From an uncultured Candidatus Saccharibacteria bacterium (lineage in GTDB: Bacteria; Patescibacteriota; Minisyncoccia; UBA6257; Colwellbacteraceae), in assembly GCA_964518695.1 (NCBI GenBank), contig CAZFGN010000002.1, positions 1 to 53,620 on the forward strand: a stretch of DNA of 53,620 nt. The letters are read 5' to 3'. The stretch's first letter is position 1. Every line of letters begins with the position of its first letter. Positions 43,696-52,649 of this stretch are shown in pieces. The notes under the pieces were generated by a model that saw only the letters and a list, made by a program, of their open reading frames with translations, was not told the DNA's origin and made no database searches. The position numbers and the translations under genes are program-made.

Positions 43696-44191
43696 AGAAT
43701 TTTATATAAATCTCTTTTAATAATTTCGCGTCTTCCAGGGCATTATGCTTTTTATATTTAGTTGGATCAATACCCAAGTCGTTCAAGAACTCTTGATTAG
43801 TGGAAAATCTTGGATTCGTGCCTGCGCCGAAGAGTATTGAAGCGAAATCTATCGGTATCCAATAAGCCGGGTGATTATCCATGCCGAAAAGTTTGTACCA
43901 GTAGATGGCATCGAATTGGTTCACGTAAGAGACTAGATAGGGCGTGGTGGGGCCCACAAAGTCTCTGATTCTCTCTTTGGCCTCTTCTCGGGAAACCCTA
44001 GGTCCTGTGAAATAAGGAATTACATTTTCTTTCACCCAATCACTTACTTCTCCATCGTGTTGTATTTCTATATAAAATTCCTCGCCGTTCGGCTTAACAA
44101 GCCCAACAGATAAAAGCTCTCCCTTATACGGGTCCAAATCGGAAAACTCCGTGTCGAAAAATATAATGTTTTCTGAAAATGGTTTTAACAT
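43649..44191 (-). CDS. DEDDh-type 3'-5' exonuclease
   Basis: The Exo I motif is FFDTEFSDL and the Exo III motif is HNALEDAKLL. Confidence 0.6.
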   Translation of the reverse strand: MLKPFSENIIFFDTEFSDLDPYKGELLSVGLVKPNGEEFYIEIQHDGEVSDWVKENVIPYFTGPRVSREEAKERIRDFVGPTTPYLVSYVNQFDAIYWYKLFGMDNHPAYWIPIDFASILFGAGTNPRFSTNQEFLNDLGIDPTKYKKHNALEDAKLLKEIYIKFFAEYGEENRPSSYHS

Positions 44192-44193
44192 TC

Positions 44194-45285
44194 TTAATCT
44201 CTTAATTGAATCAATTCTTTGGGCGCAGCTTTATGCAAATTGATGCTACCATTTTTTGTAATTATAAGCGCGTCCTCTATCCGTACCCCGCCAAGGCCTT
44301 GAATATATATTCCTGGTTCAACAGTGACAACCGAGTTAATCGGCAAGGGTTTTATATTTAGAGCAGTGATAGCTGGGAGCTCGTGAACACTCATACCTAA
44401 TCCGTGCCCGGTAGAATGCAAAAAATACCTGCCGTAGCCGTTTTCAGTAATATGTTCCCGGCAAATCCCATCAATATACTTACCGGCCATTCCTGCCTTA
44501 ACACTTCTACAGCCGCGTTCCTGTGCCTCCCGGACAATTTCATAGATTTCTCTTAATTTTGGAGGAACTTTGCCAACCGCCACCGTACGAGTGATGTCCG
44601 ACATATAACCATTATAACTTGCTCCGAAGTCTATGGTTATCAGTTCACCCTTTTTAATCTTTTTGGCCGTTGGTTTTGCGTGGGGAAGCGCGCCATTTTT
44701 CCCGGAAGCCACAATCGTATCAAAGGCAATCTTTGGACTCCCAGCTTCTTTAATTAAGAATTCCAATCGAGCCGCGAGCCATTGCTCGGTCACGCCAGGC
44801 TTAATTAGCGGCAACAATCCCTTAAACGCTTTTACGGAAATGTCTGCGGCTTTCCGCAAATGCTTTAACTCTTGGTTATCTTTGACGATACGGATACTGT
44901 GAAGTAACTCCTGGTCATTTATTACAGCCACTTTAGCCGCGCGCTTTAAACTCTCGATGAATGAATAGTATGTATGCGACCCGTCTACCAATACGGATTT
45001 TATCTTCTCTCTTTCAAACAAATTCTTGAGAATTTCTCCTGAACCTTTCTCTCGCTTAACCAAAATGAAATCACTGGACTCGGCCCGCGCCTGCAGATAA
45101 TATCGACTATCAGCAATAATAAAGCGTTTCGCCTTCGTAATAACTAGAATTGATTCAGTGCCGCTGAATCCGGAAAGATAACGCGTGCTTGGTTGACCCG
45201 AGAGTTCGTAATTAACCAGTAAAAACGCGTCAGCTTTACGAAGTTTTAACGCGTCGCGGATATTATTGAGCCTTGCTTTCATCAT
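44194..45285 (-). CDS. pepP: Xaa-Pro aminopeptidase (M24B)
   Basis: The metal-ligand pattern is DFGASYNGYMSDITRT, HSTGHGLGMSVHE, VEPGIY and GGVRIED. Confidence 0.85.
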   Translation of the reverse strand: MMKARLNNIRDALKLRKADAFLLVNYELSGQPSTRYLSGFSGTESILVITKAKRFIIADSRYYLQARAESSDFILVKREKGSGEILKNLFEREKIKSVLVDGSHTYYSFIESLKRAAKVAVINDQELLHSIRIVKDNQELKHLRKAADISVKAFKGLLPLIKPGVTEQWLAARLEFLIKEAGSPKIAFDTIVASGKNGALPHAKPTAKKIKKGELITIDFGASYNGYMSDITRTVAVGKVPPKLREIYEIVREAQERGCRSVKAGMAGKYIDGICREHITENGYGRYFLHSTGHGLGMSVHELPAITALNIKPLPINSVVTVEPGIYIQGLGGVRIEDALIITKNGSINLHKAAPKELIQLRD

Positions 45286-45288
45286 CGG

Positions 45289-45360
45289 TGGGCGCTGGGG
45301 GGATCGAACCCTCGGCCTACTCGGTGTAAACGAGTCGCTCTACCACTGAGCTAAGCGCCC
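45289..45360 (-). tRNA. tRNA-Val (anticodon UAC)
   Basis: GGGCGCTTAGCTCAGTGGTAGAGCGACTCGTTTACACCGAGTAGGCCGAGGGTTCGATCCCCCCAGCGCCCA, folded by hand. The anticodon loop is TTTACAC. There is one A-C mismatch in the T stem. Confidence 0.8.
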
Positions 45361-45565
45361 TTAAACTAAACGGTACTTTATCAAAAACAAACATAAATTA
45401 CTATCTATAATCTCGGCATGCGTAATTTTGGGATTATTGCTTGAGACGCCCCGCCCGCAATATATTTGACTAATAGAATAGAACATGGTCTAATAGAGCC
45501 GTTCGTTGACAATGCAAATTTAGGCACTGGAACATTTGGGAGGATGAGTTAATCAGATCAATTTT

Positions 45566-45961
45566 ATGAAAAAATTTGGTAACACTATAATTGCACTGTT
45601 TATACTCACAGCCTTGTGGTACTTAGTCATCTTTATTGGCTGGGCGGAAAACTATTCCGACGGAAAAAGAACAGGAGACATTTATAAGCTTTCCCAAAAA
45701 GGTCTAATCTATAAATCTTGGGAAGGAGAAATGTATCTGGGGGGTATTCGCCAAACAGGTGGCAAGGCTCCAACGCTCGAGCTAGATAGATTTTATTTTT
45801 CCATTCCTGGGGGGCAAGCAAAAGAAAAACAAGAGCTGATTGATAAAATAAATAAGTGTTCGGAAGAAAGAATTCTCTGTACAATCAAATACAAGCAATG
45901 GCTCAAGCGTCCAATCTACATAAGTTCTGACTATGTTGTAGTCGGCGTAGAAATTCAATAA
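45566..45961 (+). CDS. hypothetical N-terminally anchored protein
   Basis: A single N-terminal TM (IIALFILTALWYLVIFIGW) is followed by a soluble domain (YSDGKRTGDIYKLSQKGLIYKSWEGEMYLGG). I recognise no family with certainty. Confidence 0.5.
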   Translation: MKKFGNTIIALFILTALWYLVIFIGWAENYSDGKRTGDIYKLSQKGLIYKSWEGEMYLGGIRQTGGKAPTLELDRFYFSIPGGQAKEKQELIDKINKCSEERILCTIKYKQWLKRPIYISSDYVVVGVEIQ

Positions 45962-46023
45962 TTAAACAACCGTCTCATCTTCCCAAATATCCCGTGCTTA
46001 CACTGCGCAAGTGGCGCAAAATC

Positions 46024-46066
46024 ATAGCGGACAACCTTCAAAAAGTTGTCCGCTATCTTTTTATTT
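46024..46066 (+). terminator. Rho-independent terminator
   Basis: A 12-bp perfect stem ATAGCGGACAAC / GTTGTCCGCTAT with a 9-nt loop is followed by CTTTTTATTT. Confidence 0.75.
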
Positions 46067-46121
46067 GCGCACACCTTCAATCTGAGTTCGTCCACAGGTA
46101 GATTTGTTTCGGTTTATATAA

Positions 46122-46550
46122 TTGCTTAGAATAAAAGGGACCATGAACAGGATACTAACGTTCAAAATTATTGGTTTTGGAGTTCTTAATTTTTTGGGCC
46201 GGTTTATTGTAGGGGGTATTTTATATAAGGGCATCGTAGGAGGCGTTTCGAAAGGCGTTCAACTGGATCCTACTGGGTTTACATATGGAGCGGCACTGAC
46301 AGTTGCGGCATTTGTGTTCACTTATCTTTTAATGAAGTTTGTTATTAAGCCTGCTTCAATTAATGAAGCCTTTATGGTCGCGATACTATGGACCATAATA
46401 TCACTCATTCTCGATGTACTTGCCGCGGCCCCTATATATGGGATACCTGCCACATACTTACTGGGAGAAGTTGCGACATGGACGAGACTTTTGGTGATTT
46501 TTGCCGCTGTTCCTTTTGTTGTACGTAAATCCGGACAAGAGCAAGTGTAA
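46122..46550 (+). CDS. hypothetical 4-TM membrane protein
   Basis: The protein is hydrophobic throughout. The track start is TTG, with an ATG at 46143. Confidence 0.5.
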   Translation: MLRIKGTMNRILTFKIIGFGVLNFLGRFIVGGILYKGIVGGVSKGVQLDPTGFTYGAALTVAAFVFTYLLMKFVIKPASINEAFMVAILWTIISLILDVLAAAPIYGIPATYLLGEVATWTRLLVIFAAVPFVVRKSGQEQV

Positions 46551-46560
46551 TATTTAATTG

Positions 46561-46633
46561 TGCGCCTGCTTGGATTCGAACCAAGGACCCTGCGCTTATA
46601 AGACGCATGCTCTAACCGCTGAGCTACAGGCGC
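46561..46633 (-). tRNA. tRNA-Ile (anticodon UAU)
   Basis: GCGCCTGTAGCTCAGCGGTTAGAGCATGCGTCTTATAAGCGCAGGGTCCTTGGTTCGAATCCAAGCAGGCGCA. The anticodon stem is TGCGT/GCGCA and the loop CTTATAA, which puts TAT at positions 34-36. Confidence 0.8.
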
Positions 46634-46654
46634 GGTATCAAAAATGATTTTAGC

Positions 46655-48493
46655 TTAAGCGCTTACTGGTTTCAAATTGAACTCTTTCAAGAGTTCATAG
46701 AATTCTTCCTGTTCTAAAGTTTCTTTTTCTACCAGAGCTTTCACGGTTTTCTTGACAGCGCCTTTATAGCTGGAAAGAATTTTAGTCGCTGTTTTGTAAG
46801 CATTGTCTATAAATTTTTTAACCTCTGCGTCAATCCTAGCGGCAGTCGTCTCGGAATAATTTCTTTCTGTGGTCATCTCTCTTCCCAAAAATATCATTTC
46901 CTCCGCCTTACCGAAAGTCATAGGTCCCAAATCACTCATGCCGAATCTGGTTACTAGCGCTCTTGCTAAAGAAGACGCTTGTTTTAAATCATCAGAAGCA
47001 CCGGTTGACACATCCCCATAGTTTAACTGCTCAGAAGCATGCCCACCCATCATTACGGCCAAATCAGCCAAGAATTGCGACTTAGTTTTGAGCCTCTCTT
47101 CTTCAAGCGGAAGTTTTAAGGTGTACCCGCCGGCTTGCCCGCGGCTAATAATGGATATCTTGTGCACCGGGTCAGAGTCTTTTAATCCGGCAGCGACTAA
47201 GGCGTGGCCGGCCTCATGATAAGCTATTTTTTCTTTTTCCTTGGGAGATATAGCCTTACTTTTTCTTTCCGCTCCAAGCATCGTTTTCTCTATGGATTTA
47301 TAGAAGTGCTCTTGGGAAATTATTTTCTCCCCTTCTTTAGCCGCTAGTATCGCGGCCTCATTAACGGCATTCGCTATATCAGCTCCAGAAAATCCGGGCG
47401 TTCTCGCGGCCACCCTTCTCAAGTCAACGCTTTTCTCGAGCTGTTTATTCTTGCAATGTATCTTTAAAATTTCTTCCCTTTCATTAATATCGGGCAAATC
47501 TAAAGTTACCCTACGGTCAAATCTGCCTGGTCTCAAAAGAGCCCGATCAAGCACATCTGGTCTATTGGTCGCCGCTAGCACTATGACTCTCGTGTCCCTT
47601 TCGAAGCCGTCCATTTCTACCAGTATTTGGTTCAAAGTTTGTTCTCTCTCGTCATGCCCACCCCCTATGCCAGCACCCCTTTCACGCCCCACCGCGTCTA
47701 TTTCATCTATAAACATTATCGCGGGGGCGGACTTTTTAGCAGTTGCAAATGCGTCTCTAGTTCTCGCGGCGCCGACGCCCACGAACATTTCCACGAATTC
47801 CGAGGCCGACATATGGAAAAAAGGAACTCCCGCCTCTCCGGCAACCGCTCTCGCAAGTAAAGTCTTGCCCGTTCCCGGATGTCCCATCAAAAGCACACCG
47901 CGCGGAATTTTAGCTCCGATATCCAAATATTTTTTGGGGTTTTTCAAAAAATCAACGATTTCCGAGAGCTCCTCTTTAGCTTCTTTTAATCCGGCGACAT
48001 CCGCGAAAGTAATTCTGTCTTTGAAACTGGCAAAAGGTTTGATGTTCGCCTTGCCAAAAGTAAAGGCCTGGCTGATACCGCCCTTAGCCTGGCGCGTTAT
48101 ATACCAAAATATGCCGATAATAATAATAAGGGGAAGAAGTGTCGGTATAAGTATGGCAAGCCAGAAATTTAAGCCAGATTCTTCCTTTATCGAAAGGGCA
48201 ATGCTTGCGAGTTTTTCTGGCGTTACGCCATAGTTAACAAGAGTTTCAGTGATCCCGACCCCAGACTCTTTCTTTGAGGATAATTTTTCACCGCTACCGA
48301 GGATAATCTCTAAGTTGTCACCGGATACAGAAATACTCCCTACTTCAGTCGCATTTATTTTCTTAACTAACTCGCTTATATCGATTTCTCTTACGGGTTG
48401 CTGGATTCGGTAAGCGACAGAGACGAGGAGGGTAAAGGACATAAGTATTGCTACAACCCCAAAAAAGTTTTTATACAAATTTAACTTGTTCAA
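46655..48493 (-). CDS. ftsH: ATP-dependent zinc metalloprotease FtsH
   Basis: There are two TM segments, GHPGTGKTLLARAV, IMFIDEIDAV, an SRH region and the zinc motif HEAGHAL. Confidence 0.95.
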   Translation of the reverse strand: MNKLNLYKNFFGVVAILMSFTLLVSVAYRIQQPVREIDISELVKKINATEVGSISVSGDNLEIILGSGEKLSSKKESGVGITETLVNYGVTPEKLASIALSIKEESGLNFWLAILIPTLLPLIIIIGIFWYITRQAKGGISQAFTFGKANIKPFASFKDRITFADVAGLKEAKEELSEIVDFLKNPKKYLDIGAKIPRGVLLMGHPGTGKTLLARAVAGEAGVPFFHMSASEFVEMFVGVGAARTRDAFATAKKSAPAIMFIDEIDAVGRERGAGIGGGHDEREQTLNQILVEMDGFERDTRVIVLAATNRPDVLDRALLRPGRFDRRVTLDLPDINEREEILKIHCKNKQLEKSVDLRRVAARTPGFSGADIANAVNEAAILAAKEGEKIISQEHFYKSIEKTMLGAERKSKAISPKEKEKIAYHEAGHALVAAGLKDSDPVHKISIISRGQAGGYTLKLPLEEERLKTKSQFLADLAVMMGGHASEQLNYGDVSTGASDDLKQASSLARALVTRFGMSDLGPMTFGKAEEMIFLGREMTTERNYSETTAARIDAEVKKFIDNAYKTATKILSSYKGAVKKTVKALVEKETLEQEEFYELLKEFNLKPVSA

Positions 48494-49584
48494 ATTTTTA
48501 GCTTAAGAACAATTCTTTTGTCTTCCGGTTTGATTGAGTCAATCGTAAATTCGTGCGTTGAGTCTTTCTCCAACTTTTTCTTTAGCTCTTCGAGTGAACC
48601 AAATTCGGAAACATGAATAAGGCCGATGATGTCTTCGGTAAGCTTAATAAAGGCCCCGAAAGGAGTTATCTTGTAAACACTGCCGGATACGTTTGTCCCA
48701 GTCTTAAACTTACCCTCTACATTCTCCCATGGATCAGGTTTAAGAGCCTTCAGAGAAAGCGTTACTCGTCCCTCCTTTATTTCTAGTATCTTCGCACTTA
48801 CCAAATCGCCCACCATGACTACTTCTTTTGGATTATCTATCAAGCGATGATCTAGTTCCGATATATGAATTAACCCTTCTATTTCCGGGGTATCCGCAAA
48901 GCGGACAAAAGCGCCAAAGTTAGCGACCCCGGATATGATACCGGGCACAATATCCCCCAGTTTGTACTTAACAAGCAAATCCTTTACATTAGCGCTTGTT
49001 GCTTCACGTTCAGAAATTATCAACTTATTGGTTCGCGGGTTTAAGTTCAACACCTTTACCGTAAGTTCTTGCCCCACGAATTTCTTAAATTCCTCGATCA
49101 TCTTTGCGCGGTCGCCTTCCGCAACTTTAGGATAGTGTTCACTCGACAGTTGTGAACCCGGTAGAAAGGCTGATAATCCTTTCAGTTCGGCAATTAACCC
49201 GCCGGCATTGGCATCTGTAATCTTAATTTTAAAAGCTTCGTCCTTTTCTTTAAGTTCTTTCAGTTCTTGCCAAACTTTTTGTGTGCCTGCCTCCGCGATA
49301 GACAACTCCACGAAGCCGTTTTCATTTTCAAGGTTCACAACTTTGGCCGAAATCTCATCGCCTATATTCAATTTTTTGAGTGCGTCTCTCGCGTTTGAAA
49401 GCTCTACCCCATAGATTATGCCGGTACCTACTCTTGGGATATCAAAATGAGCGGCGCGTGTTGCCTTTTCTAACAACTTAACTTGGATAAGATCACCAAT
49501 CTTTAAGATTGGCATGAGAGTGGGGTCAGACTTTAAAATCTGGAGCTCAATCGGCTCCTGTGTTTTTGGGGCAACTTGTTGCAT
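48490..49584 (-). CDS. S1 RNA-binding domain protein (four S1 repeats; ribosomal protein S1-like)
   Basis: S1 OB-fold segments recur (for example VPGIISGVANFGAFVRF, VSGSVYKITPFGAFIKL). The gene overlaps the ftsH start by 4 nt. Confidence 0.75.
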   Translation of the reverse strand: MQQVAPKTQEPIELQILKSDPTLMPILKIGDLIQVKLLEKATRAAHFDIPRVGTGIIYGVELSNARDALKKLNIGDEISAKVVNLENENGFVELSIAEAGTQKVWQELKELKEKDEAFKIKITDANAGGLIAELKGLSAFLPGSQLSSEHYPKVAEGDRAKMIEEFKKFVGQELTVKVLNLNPRTNKLIISEREATSANVKDLLVKYKLGDIVPGIISGVANFGAFVRFADTPEIEGLIHISELDHRLIDNPKEVVMVGDLVSAKILEIKEGRVTLSLKALKPDPWENVEGKFKTGTNVSGSVYKITPFGAFIKLTEDIIGLIHVSEFGSLEELKKKLEKDSTHEFTIDSIKPEDKRIVLKLKI

Positions 49585-49611
49585 ATGAAGGAAATTATAG
49601 AAAAATATTAA

Positions 49612-50226
49612 TTGAAAATCAACCTCGGGTCTGATAAAGTGGTAATAATGGTTATAAAAGCCTCTAAATCATCAGGTATTATTTGTGAGTCCCGCTCGTC
49701 CGCCCAAGCCCACGAGTTCCGACTTTTTGTAGATCCCGCTTCCTTGGACGGTAAGGCAGACCTGGTCTTAATCTCGAAAACACCACTTCCCGTTTCTTCA
49801 ACCTCCCCAATGGAACTGATTGCCGGACCGGGAGAATACGAAGTTATGGGCATAAAAGTTCGAGGCATTGCTTCGGTGAAAGGGGTCGATGGGAAATATC
49901 TCCACACGGTTTATCTTGTTGAGATGGATGGTTTGCGGCTCTGTTTTTTGGGCGAAACAGAGAAAATGTTAGATGATGATTTTATAGAAGACGCGGGGCC
50001 GATAGACGTTCTGTTTATTAACGCGGATCACGACTCAAGAGGTATTATATCCTTGATTAAAGACATTGATCCCAGAATAGTGGTATGCGGCACAAAAGAG
50101 GAAGCCGCCTTATTGTCTAAGGAATTGGGACGGGCCATTGAACCGCGAGACAAAGAGACTATTAAGAAAAAAGATTTAGAAGCCGAAGAGATTAAATTAA
50201 TATGGCTGACCTCAAAAGAAAAATAG
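49612..50226 (+). CDS. MBL-fold-like protein without recognisable HxHxDH motif
   Basis: The overall pattern (LISKTPL..., [27 protein letters not shown]) resembles the UPF0173/MBL superfamily, but I see no metal-binding histidine cluster. The track start is TTG. Confidence 0.4.
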   Translation: MKINLGSDKVVIMVIKASKSSGIICESRSSAQAHEFRLFVDPASLDGKADLVLISKTPLPVSSTSPMELIAGPGEYEVMGIKVRGIASVKGVDGKYLHTVYLVEMDGLRLCFLGETEKMLDDDFIEDAGPIDVLFINADHDSRGIISLIKDIDPRIVVCGTKEEAALLSKELGRAIEPRDKETIKKKDLEAEEIKLIWLTSKEK

Positions 50227-52625
50227 GCAAGAGAGAAATAACCACAGAGCTTAGGGAATCATACTTAGATTATGCGATGTCGGTTATTGTCGGTCGCGCC
50301 CTGCCTGATGTCCGCGACGGCCTAAAACCTGTACACAGGAGAATTTTATGGGCTATGTGGGACTCCGGACTTACTCATTCCGCTAAGTTGAGAAAATCCG
50401 CAAACGTTGTTGGCGAGGTTTTAGGTCGTTACCACCCTCACGGCGATATAGCTGTTTACGACGCTTTGGCTAGAATGGCGCAGGATTTCTCTTTAAGGTA
50501 TCCACTGATTGAAGGACAAGGAAACTGGGGAAGTATTGACGGCGACAGTCCGGCGGCAATGCGGTATACAGAATGCAGGCTTTCCGCCCTAGCCGAGGAA
50601 CTACTCACGGACATTGAAAAAGAAACGGTTGATTTTATGCCTAATTATGATGCTTCCCGCAACGAACCAAAAGTTCTCCCCGCGAAATTGCCTAACTTAT
50701 TGCTCAACGGCTCTTCCGGTATCGCTGTAGGTATGGCTACTAATATACCGCCGCATAATCTGGGAGAGGTGGTTGATGCAACTGGACATCTGATAGAGAA
50801 CCCAGACGCTTCTTCCGAAGACCTTATGAAATTTATTCAAGGTCCGGATTTTCCAACGGGAGGAATTATCTACAACAAGAAAGAAATTGCAGAGGCTTAT
50901 TTAGCCGGCCGTGGCGGGATAACTGTACGGGGTGTCGCGGAAGTTCAAGATAAAAAAATAATTATCACCGAAATTCCTTACCAAGTTAATAAATCAGAAC
51001 TCATCATAAAAATTGCCGAGCTGGTGCAGGAAAAAAGAATCGAAGGTATTCGCGACCTTCGCGATGAGTCTGACAAAGACGGACTGCGTATCGCGATTGA
51101 TTTAAAGTCAGATGCCATACCGCAGAAAGTGTTAAATCAGCTTTGGAACTGGACCGATCTTCAAAAGAGCTTCCACCTTAATATGCTTGCTATTACAGAT
51201 GGTCTGAAACCTCGGATAATGTCTATCAAAGATGTTTTATCAAGCTTTATTGTGCACAGGCAGGAGGTGGTTAAGCGCCGCGCGGAGTTCGATCTGAAAA
51301 AAGCGAGAGAGCGAGCCCACATATTAGAGGGCCTCGCGAAGGCGCTTTCTATGATAGATGAGATCATTGCCACTATTAAAAAATCTGCCGATAAAGAGGA
51401 GGCACACGGGAAGCTTGTCAAAAATTTCAAACTTAGCGACCTTCAAGCTATCGCCATACTGGAAATGAGACTTCAAACTCTGGCCGATCTGGAGCGCAAG
51501 AAAATAGAAGATGAACTAAAAGAGAAACAAAAACTCATTAAGGATTTAACAATTCTTCTTGGTAGCCCAGAGAAGATCTTGGGTGTTATTAAATCAGAAC
51601 TTAGCGATTTGAAATCTAGATTCGGAGACGCAAGAAGGACCAAGATACACGTTACTGGTCTTAAAGAATTTAACGTTGAAGATTTAATACCTTCTGAAGA
51701 TACGATTGTCACCATGTCCGCTGATGGCTACATCAAGCGTTTACCTCCAGCCACTTTTAAAAAGCAGAAACGCGGCGGGAAAGGCCTTATTGGTACGGAG
51801 GTGGGCGAAGAAGATATGGTTGGTTATTTCTTCAGGGCTAATACGCACGACAACATATTGTTTTTCACTGCCTTGGGCAAGGTTTATCAGACAAAAGTTT
51901 ATGAGATACCTGTTGGCGGTCGGGTAAGTAAGGGCAAGGCCATACATAATTTCCTAGAGATTTCCCCGCAAGACAAAATCAATGCCATTATTGCTTATTC
52001 TGCCGACAAAAATAAAATCCCGGGATATCTCGTTATAGCTACCGAGAGAGGTGTTATTAAAAAGACGGAATTATCTGAATTCGTCAGTGTCCGCAAGAGC
52101 GGCATAATAGCCGTGAACTTGAAAAAAGGAGATAGTCTAAAGTGGGCAAAACTTTCTTCAGGCAAAGACGAAGTGATCCTAACGACAGCTTTAGGTCAGG
52201 CAATCCGCTTCAGAGAAAGAGAGGTAAGACCTATGAGTCGTACGGCATCAGGGGTTAGGGCGATTTCTTTAAAGAAAGGCGATTCGGTAAGCGCTTTCGA
52301 CATTATAAACCCCGAAAAAACGGCCGACCATAAGGTACTTGCGGTAATGTCTAATGGTTTTGCGAAGGTCACGCCTCTTAAAGAATACAAAGTTCAGAAA
52401 CGCGGCGGTAAGGGAATCTTGACCGCTAAGATTAATTCAAAAACCGGCCAGCTTGTTTCCTCGCACGTTATTTTTGAGGAACAGGAACTGCTCGCGATTT
52501 CAGTTAAGGGACAGATTTTAAGAACGGAGTTGAAGAGTGTTAGAGATACCGGAAGAGCATCTCAAGGCGTGAGAATTATGCGGCTTAAAGCGGGTGATAA
52601 AATTGCCGGAACAGTTTGTTTATAG
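50202..52625 (+). CDS. gyrA: DNA gyrase subunit A
   Basis: [27 protein letters not shown], the active-site AAMRYTE and C-terminal beta-pinwheel repeats are present. Confidence 0.95.
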   Translation: MADLKRKIGKREITTELRESYLDYAMSVIVGRALPDVRDGLKPVHRRILWAMWDSGLTHSAKLRKSANVVGEVLGRYHPHGDIAVYDALARMAQDFSLRYPLIEGQGNWGSIDGDSPAAMRYTECRLSALAEELLTDIEKETVDFMPNYDASRNEPKVLPAKLPNLLLNGSSGIAVGMATNIPPHNLGEVVDATGHLIENPDASSEDLMKFIQGPDFPTGGIIYNKKEIAEAYLAGRGGITVRGVAEVQDKKIIITEIPYQVNKSELIIKIAELVQEKRIEGIRDLRDESDKDGLRIAIDLKSDAIPQKVLNQLWNWTDLQKSFHLNMLAITDGLKPRIMSIKDVLSSFIVHRQEVVKRRAEFDLKKARERAHILEGLAKALSMIDEIIATIKKSADKEEAHGKLVKNFKLSDLQAIAILEMRLQTLADLERKKIEDELKEKQKLIKDLTILLGSPEKILGVIKSELSDLKSRFGDARRTKIHVTGLKEFNVEDLIPSEDTIVTMSADGYIKRLPPATFKKQKRGGKGLIGTEVGEEDMVGYFFRANTHDNILFFTALGKVYQTKVYEIPVGGRVSKGKAIHNFLEISPQDKINAIIAYSADKNKIPGYLVIATERGVIKKTELSEFVSVRKSGIIAVNLKKGDSLKWAKLSSGKDEVILTTALGQAIRFREREVRPMSRTASGVRAISLKKGDSVSAFDIINPEKTADHKVLAVMSNGFAKVTPLKEYKVQKRGGKGILTAKINSKTGQLVSSHVIFEEQELLAISVKGQILRTELKSVRDTGRASQGVRIMRLKAGDKIAGTVCL

Positions 52626-52649
52626 TAAATAACGTATAATCCAATTTCA

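Noticed and set aside
47451-48233. A 260-aa plus-strand ORF, with a 77-aa one inside it, opposite ftsH.
   Set aside because: It lies entirely antisense to a strongly conserved FtsH coding sequence. Its translation is S/P/L/A-rich low complexity, typical of a shadow ORF.
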